DNA of 32,000 nt from Ktedonobacterales bacterium (GTDB lineage Bacteria > Chloroflexota > Ktedonobacteria > Ktedonobacterales > JADMIN01), in the NCBI GenBank assembly GCA_030167145.1, contig CP126532.1:1050001-1082000 (forward strand). The letters are read 5' to 3'. Below the pieces are notes generated by a model, which saw nothing but the letters and a program-made list of their open reading frames with translations, had not been told where the DNA came from and did not search any database. The position numbers were made by a program, and so were the translations under genes. Positions 16,759-23,510 of this stretch are shown here, piece by piece. Position 1 is the stretch's first letter. The number at the start of each line of letters is the position of its first letter.

Positions 16759-17847
16759 TCAGCGCATTGAGCGCCGCAGCACCTCGAACACCTCCGCAGG
16801 CACATCCCCCCACTGCTCACCCAGCAGCCACGCGCGCAGCGCCGACCCCCGCGCATCAGCGGCGCACGCAGCGGCAATGAGAGCCGCGAGCGGCGGCATG
16901 CGCGCCTCAGCGGCCAGCGCCGGAACCGATGCCAGCGCCCGCACCCACGCCTGCCGCAGCGCATACGCATCCGCCCTATCCGCCGCGTCCGTGCCAACCG
17001 CCGCATACGCCCCCGTCGCCACCAGCGCCGCCCCCTCCGGCGTCACCAGCCGTTCCATCTCCTCATGCTGATCGTGCCCACGCTCTCCACGCTCTCCATG
17101 CTCTCCACGCTCTCCATGCGCCGCGAGTTCCCGCACGCGCGTCGAGGAATCGCCCGCAAATTGCGTCGCCAGCGGCACGTAGCTCACGCGCTCGCGATAG
17201 GCTGCGTTCTCTGGCCGCCCCAGCAACTCCGCCAGCTCACGCGGCCCCGCACCCACGCGCGGCCCCACCAGCAGTCGCGCCCGCGCGAAGAGCATATCCA
17301 GCGCCGCGTCGCGGTCCACGTAATAGCGCGGATCGAAGATCTGCACCACCTTGTCGAAGCCGATCACCAGCGCCAGCTCGGCCTCTGGCGCCAACAGCGC
17401 ACGCAGCGCCGTCGCCTGCTCCACATACAGCCCTCGGTTGAGCAGCGCCACCGTCTGCGCCGGTCTCCGCTGGGCAAAGCTCTGCATCTGCGCCAGGCGA
17501 TCCACCAGCGATGCGCGTGTGACCCGCTCTTTATCTATCGTCGTCGCCGTACACGCCCACACCAGCGCATCCAGATTCCCCACACGCCACGCCGCCCGCG
17601 CCAGCGCCACATGCGCCGTGGTCAGCGGATTGAACGAACCAGAAAACAGGCCAATGCGTCTCGCGGTGGCTAGCCTCTCCCCACCACCAAGCAGATACGC
17701 CGTGGGCGCAGCTCCGGCCTGCGCGCGTTCCACCGTCGTCGCGATGCGTGTCAGCGCGGCGGCGTCTTCTAGCGCGGTCTGCGCTGCGCGGTAGCGTTCC
17801 TGCCACACGCTATCTCCTGGCGCGGCATCGCCGTCGCGGCTATCCAT
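16759..17847 (-). CDS. NadD/NMNAT-like nucleotidyltransferase with a ~110-aa C-terminal extension
   Basis: GLFSGSFNPLTTAHVAL matches the (H/T)xxH nucleotidyltransferase motif. DSSTRVRE matches the ISSTxxR-type motif. The ATG at 17847 is preceded by AAGGAGG, whereas the track start at 17919 lacks an RBS. Confidence 0.75.
   Translation of the reverse strand: MDSRDGDAAPGDSVWQERYRAAQTALEDAAALTRIATTVERAQAGAAPTAYLLGGGERLATARRIGLFSGSFNPLTTAHVALARAAWRVGNLDALVWACTATTIDKERVTRASLVDRLAQMQSFAQRRPAQTVALLNRGLYVEQATALRALLAPEAELALVIGFDKVVQIFDPRYYVDRDAALDMLFARARLLVGPRVGAGPRELAELLGRPENAAYRERVSYVPLATQFAGDSSTRVRELAAHGERGEHGERGERGHDQHEEMERLVTPEGAALVATGAYAAVGTDAADRADAYALRQAWVRALASVPALAAEARMPPLAALIAAACAADARGSALRAWLLGEQWGDVPAEVFEVLRRSMR
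17079..17114. repeat. 9-bp in-frame tandem repeat (CAYGCTCTC x4) inside the NadD-like gene
   Basis: It encodes GERGEHGERGERG on the minus strand. Confidence 0.9.
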
Positions 17848-17946
17848 CGCCGCCTCCTTCTCACTCGCCCTTCTCGGTGAATGCATTCCCACTGATATGA
17901 TACAACCATAGTCCGCCACACGATTCCCGACGAGCGGAGCGCGCCA

Positions 17947-18630
17947 ATGCCCGATACATCACCTGAAACATCAGCCGAAGACAGCGCCCATCCATCTCCC
18001 AGCCGCAGCGCTATCGCCGCCATCATCCTGGCGGCGGGCCGCTCGCAACGCATGGGCCAGCCCAAACTGCTGCTGCCGCTCGGTGGCGAGCCACTGGTGC
18101 GCTGCGCCGTCCGCGCCGCCTGCGCCAGTACAGCGCACCCCATGCTTGTCGTGCTGGGTCACGAGGCCGAAGCGGTGCGCCAGGCCTTGCCAGCAGGCGA
18201 CTATATCACCATCTTCAACGCCGACTACGCCAGCGGCATGGCCAGCTCGCTACGCACCGGCATCGCCGCGCTCACTGCGCCCACTGCCTCTGCCGCGCCG
18301 CTTGCCGGAGCCGTCATCCTGTTAGCGGACCAGCCGCTCGTCACCGCGCGCCACATCAACAATCTGCTCGCCATCGCCGCGCGCCAGCCAGAGGCCATCG
18401 TCGCGTCCAGCATCGCCGGCCAGCGCGGCACGCCGGTCTATTTTCCCGCCGCGCTCTTTGGTGAACTGCTCCAAATCACCGGAGACGAGGGCGGGCGCTC
18501 GGTCATCGCCCGCCACCCCGACCGCCTTCGCCTCTACGCCATCGCCGAGGCCGAGGTCGCGCTCGACGTTGACGACCCTGCGGCCTACCAACGGCTGCTC
18601 GCGCTCTGGCCGCATCACTCCACCGCGTGA
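17947..18630 (+). CDS. MobA/MocA-like molybdenum cofactor nucleotidyltransferase
   Basis: AAIILAAGRSQRMGQPKLLLPLGGEPLV is the NTP-transferase N-terminal signature of MobA/MocA-type enzymes. The 3' end overlaps convergent manA by 16 nt. Confidence 0.78.
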   Translation: MPDTSPETSAEDSAHPSPSRSAIAAIILAAGRSQRMGQPKLLLPLGGEPLVRCAVRAACASTAHPMLVVLGHEAEAVRQALPAGDYITIFNADYASGMASSLRTGIAALTAPTASAAPLAGAVILLADQPLVTARHINNLLAIAARQPEAIVASSIAGQRGTPVYFPAALFGELLQITGDEGGRSVIARHPDRLRLYAIAEAEVALDVDDPAAYQRLLALWPHHSTA

Positions 18631-19664
18631 TCTTGCGCCTGCCGCCAGTGCCGCAGCAGCGCGTCGTCCTCATCGGGCACATAGGCGCGCAACACCCGCG
18701 CCTCCGTGCCATCCAGTGAGTACGCGCCCAGCGCGGCGGGCAGGACGACCGTGTCACCCAGCGTCAGCGCATACTCCGCGTCCCTGGCTCGCAGCATACA
18801 GCTACCACCCAGCACCGTCAGAATCTGGCAACTCGTAGGGAGCGTCTCCGCCGCCAGCGCGCCAGCGCCGGTCAGCTCTTCCAGCACGAAGTAGCGGCTG
18901 CCCACCAGCACGCGGCCCTGCCAGCCAGCGGCCAGCGCCACCGGCGACACAACTGGCCGCACCCCCGGCGTTGCCGGGCCGTAGCGCATCACCTCCAAGC
19001 TAGCGTCAACATGCAATTCGCGCGGCTGCCCATTCGCCTGAAGCCGTCCATAGTCGTACAAACGGTACGTCACATCCGAATATTCCTGTAATTCGTAGAG
19101 CACTATGCCGCCGCCAATCGCGTGGACCGTGCCCGCTGGCACGAAAATCACATCCCCCGCCGTCACCTCGGCCATATGCAACAAGCCTTCGAGTCGGTTC
19201 TGCGCGATGGCCGCGCGCACCTCGTCGCGGCTCGCCTCGCGCGCCAGCCCGTAGACGATCTGCGCCCCCGGCTCGGCATGCAAGATGTACCACGTCTCCG
19301 TCTTGCCCAGCTTGCCATGCTCATGCGCGGCGGCATAGGCATCGTCTGGGTGTACCTGCACCGAAAGCCACTGGTGCGCGTCAAGAAACTTGGCCAGCAG
19401 CGGAAAACGGTCGCCAAACACCGCCCGCGCCCGCGTGCCGATCAACGCTTCGCCCAGCCGCGCCGTCATCTCGCCCAGCGTCAGCCCAGTGTACGGCGCA
19501 TTGCTCACCACACTCTCCACCGCCGTCTCCCATGACTCCCCAACCAACGCACCCTCCGGCAGCGCCTTGCCCGCAACCTCCGCCAGATGGCGTCCACCCC
19601 AAATCGTCTCGTGCAGCGATGAGCGCAACACCAGTGGCCCTATCGGCTGGGATTCTTGAGTCAT
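18615..19664 (-). CDS. manA: Mannose-6-phosphate isomerase, class I
   Basis: Motifs seen: HETIWGG, SWE, FPLLAKFLDAHQWLSVQVHPDD, GKTETWYIL and VPAGTVHAIG. Confidence 0.87.
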   Translation of the reverse strand: MTQESQPIGPLVLRSSLHETIWGGRHLAEVAGKALPEGALVGESWETAVESVVSNAPYTGLTLGEMTARLGEALIGTRARAVFGDRFPLLAKFLDAHQWLSVQVHPDDAYAAAHEHGKLGKTETWYILHAEPGAQIVYGLAREASRDEVRAAIAQNRLEGLLHMAEVTAGDVIFVPAGTVHAIGGGIVLYELQEYSDVTYRLYDYGRLQANGQPRELHVDASLEVMRYGPATPGVRPVVSPVALAAGWQGRVLVGSRYFVLEELTGAGALAAETLPTSCQILTVLGGSCMLRARDAEYALTLGDTVVLPAALGAYSLDGTEARVLRAYVPDEDDALLRHWRQAQDHAVE

Positions 19665-19719
19665 AGCAAACGAACCTCATACAATGAATGAGCGGCCATA
19701 GTGGCTCCAGCAGCCGCAC

Positions 19720-19760
19720 AAAAAAACGCCGCGACATGAGAAATTATCTCATATCGCGGC
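19720..19760 (-). terminator. Rho-independent terminator after the trx-csoR-like operon
   Basis: On the minus strand, a 14-bp stem (GCCGCGATATGAGA / TCTCATGTCGCGGC, one mismatch) with a 5-nt loop is followed by G and then T7. Confidence 0.75.
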
Positions 19761-19777
19761 AATATCCCCGCCCATTG

Positions 19778-19804
19778 GTAAGGGCGTCCAGCGGACGCCC
19801 TTAC
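19778..19804 (+). repeat. Family B copy with a perfect 12-bp stem (GTAAGGGCGTCC-agc-GGACGCCCTTAC)
   Basis: It lies 18 nt downstream of the csoR-like stop, ahead of the T-tract terminator. Confidence 0.85.
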
Positions 19805-19821
19805 GATGTCATCTCTCGGCC

Positions 19822-20094
19822 TCAGAGGCGTGCGACGAGACTGACCGCGCGCAAGACAGATTCCCGCGCCTCAGCCGACGGCTCTCCGCTCATCGCATCC
19901 GTGACATAGCACTTGAGCACCTCAACCGCCACCCGATCCATGCCAGCGCGCGCCGCCATGATCTGCGTCACCACATCCTCGCACGACTTCCCGTCTTCGA
20001 GCATGCCGATGATGCCCCGCACCTGCCCCTCAATCCGGCGCAGGCGTAGTTGCACATCGCTCTGAGGTTTCTCGATTCCGCTCACCGTCGTCAT
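19822..20094 (-). CDS. CsoR/RcnR/FrmR-family (DUF156) metal- or thiol-sensing transcriptional repressor
   Basis: RLRRIEGQVRGIIGMLEDGKSCEDVVTQIMAARAGMDRV is the family signature. The protein contains two Cys (C38, C62) and no histidine at all. Confidence 0.88.
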   Translation of the reverse strand: MTTVSGIEKPQSDVQLRLRRIEGQVRGIIGMLEDGKSCEDVVTQIMAARAGMDRVAVEVLKCYVTDAMSGEPSAEARESVLRAVSLVARL

Positions 20095-20163
20095 ATCTAC
20101 GTCGTCTCACTATCTGCTGCCGAGGAGCGCTTCGGCGTATCGCGCTGCGCCGCCTGTCCGCGG

Positions 20164-20502
20164 CTAGACGCTCGCGGCAAGCGCACTCTCGATATGCCGC
20201 CGCAACATGTCGCGCGACTCTAATCCGACGATGCGTCCCACCTCTTTGCCATTGTGGAAAAAGATCAGTGTGGGGATGCCCTGGATGCCCAAACCGCCAG
20301 GCGTCCGCGGATTCTCATCGGTGTCGAGCTTCGCAAAGACCATCCGGCCTTTGTACTCGTTCGCCAGTTCCTCGAACGCCGGGGCCATCATCAGGCATGG
20401 CCGGCACCACGGCGCCCAGAAATCCACCACCACCGGCTTATCCGACTTCAACACCGCATCGGAAAAGGTCTGATCACTGATTGTAACAAGAGCATCGGAC
20501 AT
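20164..20502 (-). CDS. trxA: Thioredoxin (active site WCRPC)
   Basis: Motif VVVDFWAPWCRPCLMMAP...GIQGIPTLIFF. The ATG at 20502 is preceded by AGGAGGA. The track start at 20583 adds an implausible leader. Confidence 0.9.
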   Translation of the reverse strand: MSDALVTISDQTFSDAVLKSDKPVVVDFWAPWCRPCLMMAPAFEELANEYKGRMVFAKLDTDENPRTPGGLGIQGIPTLIFFHNGKEVGRIVGLESRDMLRRHIESALAASV

Positions 20503-20544
20503 GTGAATCCTCCTGCGTTCGTATCCCTCAAAAATAACTACCGC

Positions 20545-20559
20545 TACCCTACGGGGGTA
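20545..20559. promoter_or_regulatory. CsoR-type operator-like inverted repeat TACCC-TACGG-GGGTA
   Basis: This is a perfect 5-5-5 palindrome, 43-57 nt upstream of the trx ATG in the trx/csoR-like to cysteine desulfurase divergent region. It is followed by the direct repeats GTACCGTAT (20557-20565 and 20572-20580). Confidence 0.5.
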
Positions 20560-20635
20560 CCGTATGTAGATGTACCGTATCACGTACTCCTATACGACGT
20601 CAAGGCAGCGCCGCGCCACTGGTGAGGCGGACACC

Positions 20636-20660
20636 GGTGGGGCGGACATTCCTGTCTGCC
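20636..20660 (+). repeat. Dispersed hairpin repeat, family A (GGTGGGGCGGACATTCCTGTCTGCC)
   Basis: This sequence is identical to the copy at 26128-26152. The stem is GGCGGACA / TGTCTGCC (one G-T pair) with loop TTCC. Confidence 0.85.
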
Positions 20661-20671
20661 CTTCCCCATCC

Positions 20672-20694
20672 GTAGGGGCGTCCGGCGGACGCCC
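20672..20694 (+). repeat. Family B copy (GTAGGGGCGTCCGGCGGACGCCC), 11 nt after a family A copy
   Basis: Read directly from the sequence. Confidence 0.85.
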
Positions 20695-20798
20695 AGCATA
20701 TCACCGGGCGCCACATCCTTGAGCCGCGCGGCGCGCGGGTGCTAAAATCCTAGTGAACGCCACTACAAACACGGCGCAATCGAAAGGCTGGGACCAGG

Positions 20799-21974
20799 AT
20801 GCCGCTCGCCGATGGCACAATCTATATGGATCACGCCGCCACCACGCCGGTTGCGCCCGCCGTGCTCGAACACATGCTGCCCTACTTCTCCGAGCAGTTC
20901 GGCAACCCCAGCAGCATCTACGCGCTGGGGCGGCGCGGGATGCAGGCGCTCGACGCCGCGCACGAAACCGTCGCCGCGCTTCTCGGCTGCCGTCCCACCG
21001 AAATCATCTTCACCGGCGGCGGCTCCGAGGCCGACAATCTCGCCATCAAGGGCCTCGCCTACGCGCCGCGCCGCCGTGGCAACCACATCATCACCACCGC
21101 CATCGAGCATCACGCCATCCTGCACACCTGCCAGCAGCTTGAGCGCGAAGGCTATCACGTCACCTACCTTCCGGTGGACCACGACGGCCTCATCAGCCCC
21201 GCCGACGTTGAAGCGGCACTCACCGACGAAACCGCGCTCGTCACCATCATGTACGCCAATAACGAGATCGGCACGATCCAGCCACTTGCCGAGATCGGCG
21301 CACTCTGCCGTGCGCGGCGCATCCCCTTCCATACCGATGCCGTGCAGGCCGGTGGCATCCTTAATCTCAACATCGCCAGCCTTCAGGTTGACCTGCTCTC
21401 ACTCTCAGCGCACAAGTTCTACGGGCCTAAAGGCGTGGGCATCCTCTACGCCCGCCAGGGCACGCGCCTTCAGCCGCAGGTGCTTGGCGGCTCGCAGGAG
21501 CGCAACCGCCGCGCGGGCACCGAAAACGTGCCAGGCGCGGTCGGCGCAGCGGAAGCACTACGACTGGCCCAGAGCGACCGCGAACACGAATCCGCCCGGC
21601 TGATCGCCCTGCGCGACCAGTTGATCGCCGGTATGCTCAGCATCCCTGGCACGCGCCTCACCGGCCATCCCGCCCGGCGGCTGCCCAACTCCGCCAGCTT
21701 CACGCTCGCGGGCGTCGAGGGCGAATCCCTCCTGCTCAACCTGGACCTGCTTGGCGTGGCTGCCTCCAGCGGCAGCGCCTGCACCACTGGCTCCGTCGAG
21801 CCATCGCATGTGCTCACGGCGCTCGGCATCGCCCCAGCGGAAGCGCGCGGCCACCTGCGGCTCACTCTCGGCCACAGCACCACCGCCGCCGATGTAGACT
21901 TTGTGCTGGCGCGCTTGCCAGAAATCACCGAACGGCTGCGCTCCCTCTCCACCACTCCCGCGCCCACCGCCTAG
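20799..21974 (+). CDS. Cysteine desulfurase (NifS/IscS-type, class V aminotransferase)
   Basis: Motifs seen: IYMDHAATTP, PLP-lysine motif SAHKFYGPKGVG, and active-site loop SSGSACTTG. Confidence 0.92.
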   Translation: MPLADGTIYMDHAATTPVAPAVLEHMLPYFSEQFGNPSSIYALGRRGMQALDAAHETVAALLGCRPTEIIFTGGGSEADNLAIKGLAYAPRRRGNHIITTAIEHHAILHTCQQLEREGYHVTYLPVDHDGLISPADVEAALTDETALVTIMYANNEIGTIQPLAEIGALCRARRIPFHTDAVQAGGILNLNIASLQVDLLSLSAHKFYGPKGVGILYARQGTRLQPQVLGGSQERNRRAGTENVPGAVGAAEALRLAQSDREHESARLIALRDQLIAGMLSIPGTRLTGHPARRLPNSASFTLAGVEGESLLLNLDLLGVAASSGSACTTGSVEPSHVLTALGIAPAEARGHLRLTLGHSTTAADVDFVLARLPEITERLRSLSTTPAPTA

Positions 21975-21979
21975 CGCCG

Positions 21980-21999
21980 CCCACACTGCATGGTGTGGG
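21980..21999 (+). terminator. Hairpin immediately after the cysteine desulfurase stop (no T-tract)
   Basis: CCCACAC-tgcatg-GTGTGGG begins 6 nt after the TAG at 21972-21974. Confidence 0.3.
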
Positions 22000-22120
22000 T
22001 CATTGGGTCGAAGCACGGCCAAGAATCGAAGCACGGCCATCGTTGTGTGATGACCGTGCTTCACTATGTTGGCTATTCCTCACTATGCTCCGGCCATTGA
22101 TGGCCGAGAGCGTCCTGCGC

Positions 22121-23131
22121 TCACTCTGGCAGTGTCGCCCCCTGCAACCACTCGCCAGGGTTCGCGAAGCCAATCCACACGAATGGAATCGTCCACTGCC
22201 GCAGCACGTTCGCCAGATTCTCCGTCGCCGCCTCCACCTCTGGCTGCGACGGCGGGCGCGTGCCCATCGCGATCACATAGCGCGCCGCCAGCACCATATG
22301 ATTCCCGCGCATCCAGCCTCGCTTCTCGCGCACCTGCGGAATCGTGCCAGCAGCGCGTACAAAATGCGTCGCCACATCGCGCGAAAAGTCGCGGCGATAC
22401 GCCTCCATCGCTGGCCCGCCCATCATCGGCGGCAATTCCACCTCTATCGCCACCAGCGCCGCCACCTCGCCCACTTCCTCCGACGGCCGTCGCCACCCGC
22501 CAGTCCACTGGCCCGCATCGCTCTGCTGCGACGCCGTGGTACTCGCGCCAGAGTCGCGCGGCTCCATCGGCGGCGGCGTCGCCATCATCTCTGTTTCCTG
22601 CTGGCTCGCCGCGAACGGCTGGCGCTGCGACGGTGGATATGTCCCTGGTGGGGGACCCCCGGCCCATGCGCGGTCAGTTGGATAGGCAGGCGGGGCGCTA
22701 TTCACTGGCGCTGGCCACGATCCCGCCATCGGCGGCGCTGGTGTATAGGGGCTGCGCGGCGCCGAGCGCGCCTGCGCCTGCTGCAACAACTGCAGAAGCG
22801 TTCCCGCCTGCGTCGGATCCAGTTGAATCGGCAGCCACGGCGCATCGTTGCCCATCGGCGCATTCGGCGCGGCCGGGCAATGCACTGCAAGCTCCACCCA
22901 CACATCGCGCTCTTCCTGGCTCAGCGGGCGTGTCTCATCTGGCTTGCGAAATGCGTCAATCGCCACCCCCGCCGGACCTTGCCAGCGCACATGCGTCAGC
23001 GTCAGCGGATTCTCTTGCCACCGCCGCGCGCCATATAGCTGCCCCCCATGCGACACATACGCATGCAAGACTTGCGAGATTCCCGTATCACTCTCAACGG
23101 GGCGTCCGTGCCCCCAACCGGCATTAGCCAT
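22121..23131 (-). CDS. Hypothetical protein: two globular, Trp-rich regions joined by a Pro/Ala/Ser-rich linker
   Basis: The ATG at 23131 is preceded by GGAGG. Amino-acid composition is balanced, in contrast to the Arg/Pro-rich plus-strand shadow ORFs. I recognise no domain. Confidence 0.6.
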   Translation of the reverse strand: MANAGWGHGRPVESDTGISQVLHAYVSHGGQLYGARRWQENPLTLTHVRWQGPAGVAIDAFRKPDETRPLSQEERDVWVELAVHCPAAPNAPMGNDAPWLPIQLDPTQAGTLLQLLQQAQARSAPRSPYTPAPPMAGSWPAPVNSAPPAYPTDRAWAGGPPPGTYPPSQRQPFAASQQETEMMATPPPMEPRDSGASTTASQQSDAGQWTGGWRRPSEEVGEVAALVAIEVELPPMMGGPAMEAYRRDFSRDVATHFVRAAGTIPQVREKRGWMRGNHMVLAARYVIAMGTRPPSQPEVEAATENLANVLRQWTIPFVWIGFANPGEWLQGATLPE

Positions 23132-23283
23132 ATAGCGCCTCCACGAGCGCTCCGAAACACGACTCCGGATACGAACCGTGAACGCCTGGCAGGCACACGT
23201 CGCTCTCCACGGAGGGAGGCTCTAGGTAAAAATGAGCATGCAACAAAGGGCAAGTGCGAACATACCGCACCGGCAATCCACGC

Positions 23284-23298
23284 GCAGAGTATATGCCA
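23284..23298 (-). promoter_or_regulatory. Candidate (weaker) sigma-54 -24/-12 element upstream of the orphan 336-aa gene
   Basis: The minus strand reads TGGCAT-ATACT-CTGC, the same variant form as at 10582. It lies about 150 nt upstream of the ATG at 23131. Confidence 0.3.
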
Positions 23299-23346
23299 GG
23301 GCATCCACGTCCGCACACATTGCGCGAATCCACCGATATGACGGCG

Positions 23347-23375
23347 AGTATAGCATGGTGTATACAGCCAAACAA
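23347..23375 (-). promoter_or_regulatory. Candidate sigma-70-type promoter with extended -10 (TTGTTT-N17-TATACT, TGc upstream)
   Basis: The minus strand reads TTGTTT GGCTGTATACACCATGC TATACT. This would give a ~210-nt leader before the orphan gene. Confidence 0.35.
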
Positions 23376-23427
23376 CGTGCTAGCCCTTTCAGCTACCGGC
23401 ATGTAGACTGGACGGGCTACACATCTT

Positions 23428-23505
23428 CTCCCCTTCCCTCGTAGGGACCGCACACGGCGAGATCTGCTCCCCTTCCCTCGTAGGGAAGGGGCCGGGGGTT
23501 AGGTC
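23428..23505 (+). repeat. Dispersed hairpin repeat, family C: partial copy (23428-23447) plus full copy (23464-23505)
   Basis: The full unit is CTGCTCCCCTTCCCTCGTAGGGAAGGGGCCGGGGGTTAGGTC. It has a 10-bp stem CCCCTTCCCT / AGGGAAGGGG and a conserved 3' tail CCGGGGGTTAGGTC. Confidence 0.9.
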
Positions 23506-23510
23506 TCCTC

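Noticed and set aside
17079-17114. Whether the Gly-X-Y triplets (GERGEHGERGERG) indicate a collagen-like domain.
   Set aside because: There are only four triplets, far too few for a collagen helix. The sequence is better explained as a short slippage-generated linker.
21995-23127. Two long plus-strand ORFs (347 and 353 aa) opposite the orphan 336-aa gene.
   Set aside because: They have extreme Arg/Pro/Ala/Ser composition, typical of shadow frames in GC-rich DNA, and no RBS. The minus-strand frame has balanced composition and a GGAGG RBS.
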